Assembly: GCA_963664225.1 (NCBI GenBank)
Contig: OY760937.1
Coordinates: forward strand, 3,936,001-4,000,000
Direction of reading: 5' to 3'
Length of the DNA stretch: 64,000 bases
Source: Verrucomicrobiia bacterium
Lineage (GTDB): Bacteria; Verrucomicrobiota; Verrucomicrobiia; Limisphaerales; UBA1319
How positions within the stretch are numbered: position 1 is the first letter of the stretch; the number at the start of each line of letters is the position of its first letter. Positions 40,329 to 50,453 of this stretch are shown one piece after another. Below the pieces are notes generated by a model. That model saw only the letters and a list, made by a program, of their open reading frames with translations. It made no database searches and had not been told where the DNA came from. The translations under genes were made by a program, and so were the position numbers.

Positions 40329-40793
40329 GTGAGAGATGGTTTTGTGCAACGCGGTGGATTGTGGGTTATGGGGCAAAGTGTGCTCATGGGGGCGGTGGCG
40401 ATTGGCGGGGTGGTCTGGCATGGCGGTTGGCACAGTTCAATACTGGTGATCGTTGGAGCGATACTACTTTGCGGTTTTGCTGTTTGTGGTATTGCAGGCG
40501 CCCGGGCGTTGGGCCGGAATCTTACGCCCTATCCCAAACCATCAGCCCATGGCCGGTTGGTGCAATCCGGAATCTACGGGCTGATGCGACATCCGCTATA
40601 CACGGCGGTGTTCTGCGCCGCGATGGGTTGGGCGCTCGTGTGGGAGAGTTGTGTCAGCCTACTTTTCGCAGTCGCTCTGGGCGTTTTCTTTAATGCCAAG
40701 GCGCGACGGGAGGAGCTGTGGCTGAGGGCGCAATACCCGGATTACGCGCAATATGAACAGCGCGTCCGGCGCTTCATTCCGTGGATATACTGA
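40329..40793 (+). CDS. Isoprenylcysteine carboxyl methyltransferase family membrane protein (start approximate)
   Basis: LVQSGIYGLMRHPLY, EELWL, Y..Y..RVRRFIP. Confidence 0.9.
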   Translation: MRDGFVQRGGLWVMGQSVLMGAVAIGGVVWHGGWHSSILVIVGAILLCGFAVCGIAGARALGRNLTPYPKPSAHGRLVQSGIYGLMRHPLYTAVFCAAMGWALVWESCVSLLFAVALGVFFNAKARREELWLRAQYPDYAQYEQRVRRFIPWIY

Positions 40794-40826
40794 AGCGCCG
40801 TTTTCCGATCTGGAGCCGACGGAGGT

Positions 40827-41570
40827 TTATTTATCGGCGACCCAGAGAATGGATTGGCGGATCAGTTTGCGGTAGTTGGGATTGACGTAAGAGAGGTGGT
40901 CGTGGCCCAGTTCGAGATAGACGACGCGGGCCTTGCCGTAAGTATGGCACCAGGCAATGGTGGGGCTGCTGGTTGGTTCCGTGGTGGTGAGCAGGGGAGT
41001 CATACCCGGGATAACGCTGAAGAAACCATAGGTTTCCTCGTGAATGTCAAAATCAGCGAGGCCTTTGGTCACGGGATGTTTGGGATCGACCACATGGACC
41101 TTTACATCGACATCGTGCTTATAGGTGGAGGCGGGTTTGTCCTGGCCGTTTTCCTTGTAGGGCTGAAGGTAATATTTGCCGCCAATCATACGGGTGTATT
41201 CAGGCCAATCCTGATAGGAGGCGATACAATGATGGGTGGCCACGAGACCCTTGCCGGACTTGATGAGGTTTTCAAAATCGGCCTTGGCCTCTTTTGAAAT
41301 GTCCTGCCAGAGATCATACAAAAGCACGACATCGTATTCTCCCGACCTGGCTGGCGTGAAGTATTCATGGGCCTTGGGGTGCTGAATCTCAATAAATGTG
41401 ATGTCCGGGATGGACTTGAAAACATCGAAAAAGGCTTCACGTTCAAAATCATGGCCGCCGGTGACCACCAGAACACGCAATTTGGGAGCGTCGGCCGCCT
41501 GGATGTTCCAAGCCAGAACCAGTCCACAAAGAGCCGTCCAAACCAAACCCAGGAAATGTTTTCTTTTCAT
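40827..41570 (-). CDS. Secreted ThuA-like domain protein
   Basis: Signal peptide; VLVVTGGHDF, HPVTKGL, EETY, ELGHD. Confidence 0.85.
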   Translation of the reverse strand: MKRKHFLGLVWTALCGLVLAWNIQAADAPKLRVLVVTGGHDFEREAFFDVFKSIPDITFIEIQHPKAHEYFTPARSGEYDVVLLYDLWQDISKEAKADFENLIKSGKGLVATHHCIASYQDWPEYTRMIGGKYYLQPYKENGQDKPASTYKHDVDVKVHVVDPKHPVTKGLADFDIHEETYGFFSVIPGMTPLLTTTEPTSSPTIAWCHTYGKARVVYLELGHDHLSYVNPNYRKLIRQSILWVADK

Positions 41571-41693
41571 GATGGATGCGCTGTTAAAATTCAATGGTGA
41601 CGGTCCCATCATGCCCGCTTAAATATGGCGGACAAGCTCGAAATCGGCGTAAGGCGGCGGGAATTGACCACAGAGGCACGGAGGGAAAAAGGA

Positions 41694-41931
41694 AACCGCT
41701 AATGGGCACTGATAAACGCTAATACGGATGGGAAAACAGGAACGTCAGTGCTTAGGTGTCAAGGAGCGAGACAGAATTGGCATGGAAACAAATAATGAAA
41801 ACATACATGGATGGACAGGATGAACAGGATGGGGAGTGGATAAGGAGGGGAGAACCGCTAATGGGCACTGATAAACGCTAATGCGGATGGGAAATTTACA
41901 TGGATCGACAGGATGGGAAGGATGGACAGGA
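41694..41931 (+). repeat. A-B-A-B cluster of short 9-bp-periodic repeats
   Basis: 42-bp unit at 41694-41735 and 41853-41894 (1 mismatch); (G/A)ACAGGATG units at 41804-41833 and 41897-41931. Confidence 0.85.
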
Positions 41932-42011
41932 ATTTTAACGGCGGCGAATTAATCTCGAAGCGGTTCCAGAAGAATTTTGTGTTATGCCCGTAGATGGGCG
42001 TATTGTCCTGC

Positions 42012-43115
42012 GTGCATTCATTTCAGGAATACCTTGCGAATGGCCAGGGCTGGCTTTTTATCCCCGCCGCAATTCTACTCGGCGCGCTGCACGGATTGGA
42101 GCCGGGGCATTCCAAGACGATGATGGCCGCTTTCATCGTTGCCATTCGCGGCACGATTGGACAGGCGGTGATGCTTGGACTTTCGGCAGCCATTTCGCAT
42201 TCGCTCATCATCTGGGTTCTCGCTGCTGCCGCGCTGCATTACGGCAACCAGTGGAATGCAGAAAACGTCGAGCCGTATTTGCAGCTTGGTTCCGCCGTGA
42301 TGATATTGGGTCTGACGGTGTGGATGTTCTGGCGCACGCGCCGGGATTTACGCGCGGCTGCGGAACATGATCACGGCCATCATCACGCCCACAACGATTT
42401 GTTTAAACTTGAGCTTGGAAACGCCAAGCTGGAATTGAGCGTGTTTGAAGAGGGCGTGCCTCCCGTTTTTCGGATGCGCGCCCCGGATGATACGCGATTG
42501 CCCGACGCCCAGGACGTGACTTTGGAAACGGTGCGTGCCGATGGCGCGCGGCAGGTGTTTCAATTTGCCGCCAAGAAGGATTTTCTGGAATCCACCGTGG
42601 CCGTGGCCGAACCGCATATATTCGATGCGATTGTAAGGGTCGGTCGCGACGGTCAAAGTCGCGTTTGCCGTGTGGAGTTTCGAGAGGAGGAGCATCATCA
42701 CCATCAGCACGATAAGGACGATGGCAGCAAAGAATTTCAAGACGCGCACGAACTTGCGCACGCGCAGGACATCGCCCAGCGTTTTGCCGGGCGAGTTGTC
42801 ACCACGCCGCAAATTATTCTATTTGGGGTGACCGGCGGATTGATGCCGTGTCCGGCGGCATTCACGGTGTTGCTCGTCTGCCTGCAGTTGAAAAAGTTGA
42901 CGCTCGGTTTTGCGGTTGTTGGCGCATTCAGCTTCGGCCTTGCACTGACGATGGTGACGATGGGGGTGCTGGCGGCATGGAGCATGCGGCACGCGGAAAA
43001 GCGTTTCAAAGGTTTTGGCGAAGTCATGCGCCGCGCGCCTTATGTTTCCTGTGTGCTGCTCGTGGCATTGGCCGGTTTCATGGCGTGGCACGGCTGGCGC
43101 GGACTGCACCCGTAA
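42012..43115 (+). CDS. rcnA: Nickel/cobalt efflux transporter RcnA (GTG 42012 or ATG 41994)
   Basis: LGALHGLEPGHSKTMMAAF, His-rich loops, GGLMPCPAA. Confidence 0.93.
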   Translation: MHSFQEYLANGQGWLFIPAAILLGALHGLEPGHSKTMMAAFIVAIRGTIGQAVMLGLSAAISHSLIIWVLAAAALHYGNQWNAENVEPYLQLGSAVMILGLTVWMFWRTRRDLRAAAEHDHGHHHAHNDLFKLELGNAKLELSVFEEGVPPVFRMRAPDDTRLPDAQDVTLETVRADGARQVFQFAAKKDFLESTVAVAEPHIFDAIVRVGRDGQSRVCRVEFREEEHHHHQHDKDDGSKEFQDAHELAHAQDIAQRFAGRVVTTPQIILFGVTGGLMPCPAAFTVLLVCLQLKKLTLGFAVVGAFSFGLALTMVTMGVLAAWSMRHAEKRFKGFGEVMRRAPYVSCVLLVALAGFMAWHGWRGLHP

Positions 43116-43134
43116 AACAGGGCGGGGAATAGTC

Positions 43135-43166
43135 GGCCGGTTGAGGGTTGTTCCGTTCAACCGGCC
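43135..43166. terminator. Hairpin between convergent rcnA and protease genes
   Basis: GGCCGGTTGA...TCAACCGGCC. Confidence 0.6.
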
Positions 43167-43191
43167 AGAGAAAAGTTGATGTGAATCTTTG

Positions 43192-45471
43192 TTATTCCTT
43201 GGCGTAATGGACGTCGGAGGAGAGCTGGATGAGGTCGTAGAGGATGTGCTCTGTTTCGTTGAGCGTGTAATCAACTACGGGAATCTCCTCCTCGTCGGCG
43301 GCTTCCGGATCGGTGGGATCGGTTGATTTTTCAGGGACCTTGACCAGATCGACGTCGTTGGTCTTTGGAACAAAAGGAACCAGGCCGGGTTGATCGGCGA
43401 GTTTGAGGGTGACTTCATAGACCGGTTCGGTGGAGACCGGGCGCGCCTTCATCTCTTTCTTCCGGACTTCGATTCTGGCTTTGGCTTCGTCCTTTTCCTT
43501 GCGCCGGATTTCCTCGTTCATGGAGACAGATTTTTCAGCCTGCATCTTTTTAAACCGTTCGGAATCCTCCCGCACATAATTGAAATCGGCGTTGGTGGCG
43601 ACGCGTTCGCTGGAGAGTCTGGTCAGTTCGGCGAGCCAGGGTTTGACCATGTTGAGTTTATCGAATGTCGCGCCGGGAATCGTATCCCAAGGCATGGCGT
43701 TGGGCAGAGTTCCCTCGCCGATCTCGGCGACATTATTGATGGAGGGCAGGATGATGTCGGGGGTGACTCCCTTGAGCTGGGTGGAGGCGCCATTGATGCG
43801 ATAGAACTTGCGGATGGTGATTTTCAGCGCACCCGGATTCTGAGTGGTGGTCATTCCGAATTGCTGGAGGATCATGCCCAGTTGGAGCAATTGCTGAACA
43901 GAGCCTTTACCGTGCGTGGACTGGTCGCCGACGATGAGCGCGCGGCCGTAGTCCTGAAGGGCGGCGGCCAGAATTTCTGAGGCGGACGCGCTGAAGCGGC
44001 TGGTCAGAATGATGAGCGGCCCTTCATAAAGGACGGATGGATCCGGATCGTCCTGGACCGAGATGGTGCCGTTGGAGTCACGCACCTGGACAACCGGTCC
44101 TTTCTTGATGAACAGACCGGTCAGTGTGATGGCTTCCTCAAGGAGACCGCCGCCATTGTGTCGCAGGTCCAGAACGATGCCTTTGACGTTTTCCTGCTTT
44201 AATTTTTTAATGAGGCGCGCCACATCCGCCGTGGTGCTCTTGGTGCTCTCGGCCTTGCCGGGGCCCGGCATGTCCGCATAGAAAGAGGGGAGATCGATCA
44301 CGCCCAGGCGCACGCTATTGGTGGCGCCTCCCATTTCGATGACTTTGGCTTTGGCCTCTTTTTCCTCCAATTTGATTTCATCGCGAACCAAAAGGACGGT
44401 TTTACGCGTGGAAGGATCGGGGGCGTCCGCCGGGATGATGGTAAGTCGCACCTTGGTTCCTTTGGCACCGCGAATCAGCTCGACGACTTTGTTAAGCTTC
44501 ATGTCCACGACATCGACAGGTTCCTGATCGCCTTGTGAGACGGCGATGATGCGGTCGTCGGGCTTGATGCGTTTACTGGTGGCGGCCGGGCCTCCGGGTA
44601 TCAGCTCTTTGACTTTGCAGTAACCGTCCTCAGAACTGAGCAGTGCGCCGATGCCAAACAGGGAGAGCTTCATTCCGATGTTGAAATTCTCAAGAGAACT
44701 GCGGCCCATATAATCTGAATGGGGATCATAAGTTTGGGCCAGCGAGGTCAGATAGAGTTGAAGGACGTCGTCGCTGTCGTATTCCTTGAGAAACCTTTGA
44801 ATGCGGGCGTAACGGCGTTCGATGACCTTGACGATCTCCTCGGGCTTCTGTTTGTTGAGTTTTTCTTGAAGGTATTCGTAACGGAGCCGTTCCCACCAGA
44901 GCTGACGGGCTTCATCGATGTCACGGGGGCGGGGGGCATCCTTGCGGCTGAGTTGGTAATTGTCGTCGGCAGTGAAATCCATTTTGGCGAACTTCAGCTT
45001 TTCATTGATGAATTCGACCTGCTGATCGAAGCGCTTGAGCATGCGCTTGAAAATGACGTAGGCCGGTGTGGTATCCCCCTCCTTGAGGGTAAAGACATCC
45101 AGAGAGTTGCGGTAGAGTTCAAAATCCGCGACATCGGATTGAAGGAAAATCAGATGGCTGGGATCCAGCGCATTGAGGTATTGGTCCAGGAATTGGGATG
45201 AGGCGGCGGCATCGAATGGCTTCCGCGTGTAATGCGAGCGGGAGAGAATGCGTGAAGTGAGCCGGGCGATGGTGGCGTCGTCGGGACCGGGAACCAACTT
45301 GACGGGTTTGGGACCTTTAGAGACGAAGAGATCGGCGGCGTTGGTGGAGGGCGCATTCGTGCCGGGAGCGTTCGTGGTGGGAGATTGGGCCCGGCCCAAT
45401 GTCAAACCGAGTATCAGCACCTGAACTACTGCCAGAAGCCGGATTGCAAAACGATTCATCATAATGTTCAA
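43192..45471 (-). CDS. Tail-specific (S41) carboxy-terminal processing protease, Prc/Tsp type
   Basis: DPHSDY, PDZ GIGALL, DLRHNGGG, SASASEI, GKGSVQ; signal peptide. Confidence 0.95.
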   Translation of the reverse strand: MNIMMNRFAIRLLAVVQVLILGLTLGRAQSPTTNAPGTNAPSTNAADLFVSKGPKPVKLVPGPDDATIARLTSRILSRSHYTRKPFDAAASSQFLDQYLNALDPSHLIFLQSDVADFELYRNSLDVFTLKEGDTTPAYVIFKRMLKRFDQQVEFINEKLKFAKMDFTADDNYQLSRKDAPRPRDIDEARQLWWERLRYEYLQEKLNKQKPEEIVKVIERRYARIQRFLKEYDSDDVLQLYLTSLAQTYDPHSDYMGRSSLENFNIGMKLSLFGIGALLSSEDGYCKVKELIPGGPAATSKRIKPDDRIIAVSQGDQEPVDVVDMKLNKVVELIRGAKGTKVRLTIIPADAPDPSTRKTVLLVRDEIKLEEKEAKAKVIEMGGATNSVRLGVIDLPSFYADMPGPGKAESTKSTTADVARLIKKLKQENVKGIVLDLRHNGGGLLEEAITLTGLFIKKGPVVQVRDSNGTISVQDDPDPSVLYEGPLIILTSRFSASASEILAAALQDYGRALIVGDQSTHGKGSVQQLLQLGMILQQFGMTTTQNPGALKITIRKFYRINGASTQLKGVTPDIILPSINNVAEIGEGTLPNAMPWDTIPGATFDKLNMVKPWLAELTRLSSERVATNADFNYVREDSERFKKMQAEKSVSMNEEIRRKEKDEAKARIEVRKKEMKARPVSTEPVYEVTLKLADQPGLVPFVPKTNDVDLVKVPEKSTDPTDPEAADEEEIPVVDYTLNETEHILYDLIQLSSDVHYAKE

Positions 45472-45609
45472 AGTGTCTTACCTGGATTACCTGACGGCGT
45501 TACCAGAAGAAACGGACCTTCAGAGTCTGTAGCTTCATCCATGGCCTGGCCAAGGGATTTCATGAGAATTGACCCTGGTCAGCGTGTTCACGCATATCAC
45601 AACCATCGG

Positions 45610-46380
45610 TCACTGTTCAGCGATTTCCAAGTCAAATTCAAGCCTGGTGGTGGAATCGGTGAGCGCGTTGCGAATCTCGATTTCCTTTAATTCCCAGTGT
45701 CCATTTACCTTGGAAAAGCTGCGGAGGCTGAACTCTTTAAGGAGCTTGCGACTGGCATCATAGGCCTCGGCGCGAATCAAACCGCCGGTTTCGTTGTCGA
45801 TCCAGGAGCGAACACGGGAATAAGAACCGGGCACCGGGTTGGGGTTCGTGCTTTCCAAAACCTTGCAGGGACGGCTCTTGCGCATTTCCCGTTTAATGAT
45901 TTTTTGGTCTGGCCAGTGGAAGAAATCCATTCCCAGATCCGTGAGCCAGAATTCGGTTCCGGCAAAGGGGATCATGGTTTGCCCCGGAGCGATGGCGGTT
46001 GGTTCGGTCAAGTGGCCATCGGGGCCTGAATGGGCCAGGAGGTATTGGTTGGGTGCGTCGGTGCGATGAATGATGGTGAGTTGAGCGGTGATTTGAGCTG
46101 CGCTGGGTCCCGCTTCGTAAACGGCCTGCCAGGAATTGGAACTGGTGGTGGTTTTAAGAGAAACGTACTGTTGGAGGCGGCGCCCTGAAGCTTCGCGTGT
46201 TTTCAAAAGTCCGGATGTGGCAAAAGCCTGTCCAGGGCCTTGATTGCAGAGGTCAGCAGCCAGGGCGCGGCCGTCTGTTTCCTGTTGAATAGGCTCGCTA
46301 ACGGGCTTTACCGGCTGGCTGTGAGCGATTCCAACAAGGAATAGCATGGTAATAATCCACAACGCCAAAGTCGCCCGCAT
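45610..46380 (-). CDS. Outer-membrane lipoprotein-sorting protein-like (LolA-like fold)
   Basis: Signal peptide; FAGTEF..TDL, YSRVRSWID, LLKEF pattern. Confidence 0.65.
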   Translation of the reverse strand: MRATLALWIITMLFLVGIAHSQPVKPVSEPIQQETDGRALAADLCNQGPGQAFATSGLLKTREASGRRLQQYVSLKTTTSSNSWQAVYEAGPSAAQITAQLTIIHRTDAPNQYLLAHSGPDGHLTEPTAIAPGQTMIPFAGTEFWLTDLGMDFFHWPDQKIIKREMRKSRPCKVLESTNPNPVPGSYSRVRSWIDNETGGLIRAEAYDASRKLLKEFSLRSFSKVNGHWELKEIEIRNALTDSTTRLEFDLEIAEQ

Positions 46381-46487
46381 TGTCCCGGAGGCCTGCTGAC
46401 GTAGATGGCGTTGTTGATCCCGCATGCGCGATAATATCATATTATTTAGAAGCGGCAGGGACGAAATAATTCAAAGACAGCCTTTTA

Positions 46488-46651
46488 ACCCGAAATCCGA
46501 AATAGGAACGGCCCATCTGACGCAATCATTTGGCCATCCATGGTTTGAAACCGGCTGTGGAGTATAGATTTAATACACCTTCGCCGATTGCAAATCATGG
46601 CTGTCTCAAAGCATTGCATCGTCTTGACCATTCTTATTTCGGATTTCGGGT
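46488..46651. mobile_element. MITE-like element, 164 bp, with ~24-bp terminal inverted repeats and TTA flanks
   Basis: Left ACCCGAAATCCGAAATAGGAACGG; right CCATTCTTATTTCGGATTTCGGGT; TTA directly on both sides. Confidence 0.7.
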
Positions 46652-46706
46652 TTAATGAAAGGTTCGATTTTCCAATGGTCGGAGGCAAAGTGGAGGAATT
46701 GCGCCA

Positions 46707-49172
46707 TTATTCTTTGACCCGGGCCACCTTGTTTGGCTTGTTTGTTTTGTCAGCCTTGGGTGGCAATGCTTTTGGGAGCGGTTGAAGGGCCAGAGGCAGG
46801 GCTTCAGAGATGTGGCTGACGAAGTGTGCGCGCATTTTTTTGCGGACTTCCTCCGGTACTTCGCTCCAGTCGTTGCGGTTGCGGGCGGGTAAAATGACGT
46901 CTTTGATGCCAAACCGGGAGGCGGCTAGGATTTTTTCCTTGATGCCGCCCACAGGGAGAATACGCCCGCGGAGGCTGATTTCTCCGGTCATGGCCAGGTT
47001 TGGCTTGATGAGTCTGTGGGTGAGCAGGGAGGCCAGGGCGACGGTCATGGTCAAGCCGGCGCTGGGGCCGTCCTTGGGGGTGGCTCCTGCGGGAACATGA
47101 ATATGAATATCGTAGCGGTCGTAGTCGCTCAAATCGAGTTTTAAAGAAGCGGCCTGGCTGCGCAGATAGCTCAGGGCGGTTTGCGCGCTCTCTTTCATGA
47201 CATCACCGAGCGAGCCAGTGAGGATCAATCCACCTTTGCCGGGCATCCGGGTGGCTTCAATGAATAATATATCGCCGCCCACCGGAGTCCAAGCCAGGCC
47301 AACCACGATGCCAACTTCGGTGATTTTCTCGGCTGTCTCGGCAAGAAAAGGGGGCAAACCAAGGAATTTATCCAGTGCTTTTGGAGAAATGACCAGGGGT
47401 TTGTGAATGTGATTGCCGTTGGCGAATTTGCGGGCGGCTTTACGGCTCATGCTGGCAACCTCGCGCTCCAATTGGCGCACGCCCGCTTCACGGGTGTATT
47501 CCTCAATGACGCGGCGCAAAGTGGGGTCTGGGAATTTAACGGATTTGCGCGATAAACCGTGTTCATCTAATTGGCGTGGAACGAGATATCTGCGCGCAAT
47601 TTGAAGCTTTTCAGCGACGGTATAACTCGGCAGTTCGATGACTTCAAGGCGGTCTCGCAATGCGGGATGGATCGGGTCGAGCCAATTTGCCGTGGTGATA
47701 AAAAGGACGCGCGAGAGGTCGAACGGGAGGTCAATGTAATGGTCTGTAAACGTTTTATTTTGTTGCGGATCAAGAACTTCCAAAAGAGCTGACGAGGGAT
47801 CGCCGCGAAAGTCGGAGCCGACCTTGTCGATTTCATCGAGAAGGATGACGGGATTGTTGCTTTCCACGCGGCGGAGGCTTTGGATGATCCGACCGGGCAG
47901 GGCGCCGACGTAGGTGCGGCGGTGGCCCCTGATTTCTGCCTCATCGCGCATGCCACCCAGTGAAATGCGGGCAAATTTACGTCCCAAGGCATCCGCGACG
48001 CTCATGCCAAGAGAGGTTTTACCAACTCCTGGAGGGCCTACGAGACAAAGGAGCGGGCCTTTGAGGCTGTTTTTGAGTTTGATGACGGCAATAAATTCGA
48101 GCAACCGGTCTTTGATCTTGGTCAGGCCGTAGTGTTGGGCGTTGAGAATGCGCGTGGCTTCTTTAAGGTCCACTTTGTCGTCGGTGGATTTGGCCCAGGG
48201 CAGGTTGATCAGCCAGTCCAGGTAATTGCGGGTGACGGTGTATTCGGCCACCGTGGGAGGGATTTGCTGGAGGCGGTCCAGTTCGCGCAGGGCCACGATT
48301 CTGGCTTCTTCGGGGAGGTTGTTGCGGGTGATTTGTTCTTTGAGAGTCTGCGTTTCCGCCGAGGCCGAGTCTTCCTCTCCCAATTCGCGTTGAATGGCCC
48401 GCATTTGCTCGCGCAAATAGAATTCGCGCTGGTTTTTGGACATGGAACTGGCCACATCCTTCTGAATTTTGCTGCTGAGGTTGAGAACTTCAAGCTCGCG
48501 GGCCATGAGCGGACCGAGGCGGGTCAAACGCTCTTTGATGTTGTTTGTGGCGAGGAGGGTTTGACGTTCCTCCAAATTGAGATTGAGATTTCCGGCAATC
48601 AGATCGGAGAGGCGGCCCGGATCTTCGGTGTTCAGGGCGGCGACTTTAATTTGGTCGGAAAGGGCGGGGGACAGGTTGACGATATCTTCAAACTGACGAT
48701 GGGAGGTGCGGGAAAGGGCGTCCATTTCCAATCCCGGTTCCAGGATATCCTGGAGCGGTTGGACATGCGCGCGCAAGTAAGGTGTGTTGGCTTCGTATTT
48801 CAGGATTTGGACCCGCCTGAGGCCTTCGACAAGAATCCGGATTGTATTGTCCGGGAACTTGAGCATTTTTAGAACGCGGGCTGCGCAGCCATTTGGAAAT
48901 AGATCGTCCGGCACTGGATTGTCGATCTCGGGCTTGCGTTGGAGGACCAGGACTAAGAAACGGTCGCCAGCGACGACGTCGTCAATGAGTCGAATGCTTT
49001 GTTGGGAATCAACCAATAGCGGCGCGGTCATTCCGGGAAAGATGACTACGTCTGAGAGGCCCAAAATTGGCATTACTTCGGGCAGGGATTGCGGTCCACG
49101 AGGTGGCGTCGCATCCGTATCTTCGGCATTCGCGTCCAGAATGTCGATTAATTCACTTTCCGACGGTGTCAT
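46707..49172 (-). CDS. lon: ATP-dependent protease La
   Basis: GPPGVGKTS, RGHRRTYVGA, KDGPSAG, GGIKEK. Confidence 0.98.
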   Translation of the reverse strand: MTPSESELIDILDANAEDTDATPPRGPQSLPEVMPILGLSDVVIFPGMTAPLLVDSQQSIRLIDDVVAGDRFLVLVLQRKPEIDNPVPDDLFPNGCAARVLKMLKFPDNTIRILVEGLRRVQILKYEANTPYLRAHVQPLQDILEPGLEMDALSRTSHRQFEDIVNLSPALSDQIKVAALNTEDPGRLSDLIAGNLNLNLEERQTLLATNNIKERLTRLGPLMARELEVLNLSSKIQKDVASSMSKNQREFYLREQMRAIQRELGEEDSASAETQTLKEQITRNNLPEEARIVALRELDRLQQIPPTVAEYTVTRNYLDWLINLPWAKSTDDKVDLKEATRILNAQHYGLTKIKDRLLEFIAVIKLKNSLKGPLLCLVGPPGVGKTSLGMSVADALGRKFARISLGGMRDEAEIRGHRRTYVGALPGRIIQSLRRVESNNPVILLDEIDKVGSDFRGDPSSALLEVLDPQQNKTFTDHYIDLPFDLSRVLFITTANWLDPIHPALRDRLEVIELPSYTVAEKLQIARRYLVPRQLDEHGLSRKSVKFPDPTLRRVIEEYTREAGVRQLEREVASMSRKAARKFANGNHIHKPLVISPKALDKFLGLPPFLAETAEKITEVGIVVGLAWTPVGGDILFIEATRMPGKGGLILTGSLGDVMKESAQTALSYLRSQAASLKLDLSDYDRYDIHIHVPAGATPKDGPSAGLTMTVALASLLTHRLIKPNLAMTGEISLRGRILPVGGIKEKILAASRFGIKDVILPARNRNDWSEVPEEVRKKMRAHFVSHISEALPLALQPLPKALPPKADKTNKPNKVARVKE

Positions 49173-49229
49173 CTATTATTCCCTTTTATTCGGTAAGATG
49201 GCGGCCGAGGAGAAATCCGCATGAATGGT

Positions 49230-49655
49230 TTAAGATTCTTCGCCGGAAACGGGAACAATGTGGGTTTTGGTTTCTGAAACTGTGCGTTTCGGGACGTCAA
49301 TGCGAAGGAAACCGTTCTGATAAATCGCACGAGCCCGGCCCAAATCGTAACCAGCGGGGATTTCTATCACGCTTTCGAAGGCGCCATAATTGATTTCCAT
49401 GACCAGGAAGCGGCACTTTCCAGAGCGGCATCCGTCAGGGCGAAAGCCGCTAATTTTAAGGTAGTTGCCTTCGGCGGTGAGTTCGAGATCCTCCCGGCGG
49501 ATGCCAGCGATTTCCACTTTGACGACCAGGCCATCCGTGGTGGCATAGACGTCGGTATTGGGAATCCAGCAGGTTTCTGAAGACGCCTGACGGCTTGAAG
49601 CAGCCGCCATCCGGTGCTCCATTTGCAATGAGGACTTAACTTTGCAGATGGTCAT
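49230..49655 (-). CDS. Hsp20/alpha-crystallin family protein (start uncertain)
   Basis: PNTDVY, EIAG, EINYGAFE, YQNGFLRIDVPK. Confidence 0.9.
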   Translation of the reverse strand: MTICKVKSSLQMEHRMAAASSRQASSETCWIPNTDVYATTDGLVVKVEIAGIRREDLELTAEGNYLKISGFRPDGCRSGKCRFLVMEINYGAFESVIEIPAGYDLGRARAIYQNGFLRIDVPKRTVSETKTHIVPVSGEES

Positions 49656-49705
49656 AGAACACGGAGAAGTTAGGGGAATGAGATTGGGAATGCAAGAGTG
49701 TTGAA

Positions 49706-49912
49706 TTAAAATTTCTTAACAGAATTCAGGCTGTGATCATTCTGTTGCGGAGTGCGCGGAGTGGAGGGGTAGGTTTTTCGAAGTTTGCCGCACGCATCAC
49801 CGCAGCCACAGCCGGACTGGGCAGTGGATTTACTTGTGCGCAGTTGACGCCAAGCCAGAAGGGTGACGGTTCCCACTACAATTAAAATTGAAGTCATCTG
49901 CTGCCAGTCCAT
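49706..49912 (-). CDS. Small membrane protein with Cys cluster (FeoB-associated Cys-rich-like), 68 aa
   Basis: MDWQQ + one TM helix + GCGCGDAC. Confidence 0.55.
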   Translation of the reverse strand: MDWQQMTSILIVVGTVTLLAWRQLRTSKSTAQSGCGCGDACGKLRKTYPSTPRTPQQNDHSLNSVKKF

Positions 49913-50453
49913 GTAAGCAACATAACCCAGAGAAGCCACTGCGCAACCGGGTTTTACATTATGCGGCAAATATTCGCTCGCTCCAATGCGGATTGCGGCC
50001 AAATCACGATGCATTTGCGATCCTGCTTGAGATTCGATTGGTGGTTTCTGGCGAGTCGTCCTTTACGAGAACTTGAGAAAGCGCCGATGCTGACCTCTTC
50101 GCCAGTCGCGGGAATGCGGAGACCGATGGTTTGAAGAAGTCCGAGGCAGAGTCTGCGGCAGTTGCGATCTGGATGAACGGGACGATTTTTGAAATTGGAA
50201 CAACGACGCATGTGTGGCGCAGATTGAAGGCGTTGGTGAGGCGCTCTTGGATGGGTTCGTTGAGAATGGGAGTTGGTGAACGTGGTTGCGACTGTGGTTG
50301 AGATGCGCCGGGGCAGGATAATGGGGCTCGCGACAGGCGATTTGCTGTGCTAGGATTTGCTTTCGCACTGGGTTTCGACTGCAGGTCTGCGAGTGGATGG
50401 AGAGGGTTTGTGCAAGCTAAGTATATCGTGACTTAATTGTAATATAAATACAT

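Noticed and set aside
36935..41940. CRISPR array or integron cassette array
   Set aside because: Repeats have only two copies with irregular spacing; no cas or intI genes; no convincing paired RYYYAAC/GTTRRRY attC structure.
49954..50368. 85-aa and 101-aa minus-strand ORFs upstream of bioD
   Set aside because: Overlapping, no motifs, composition unlike the genuine genes; left unannotated.
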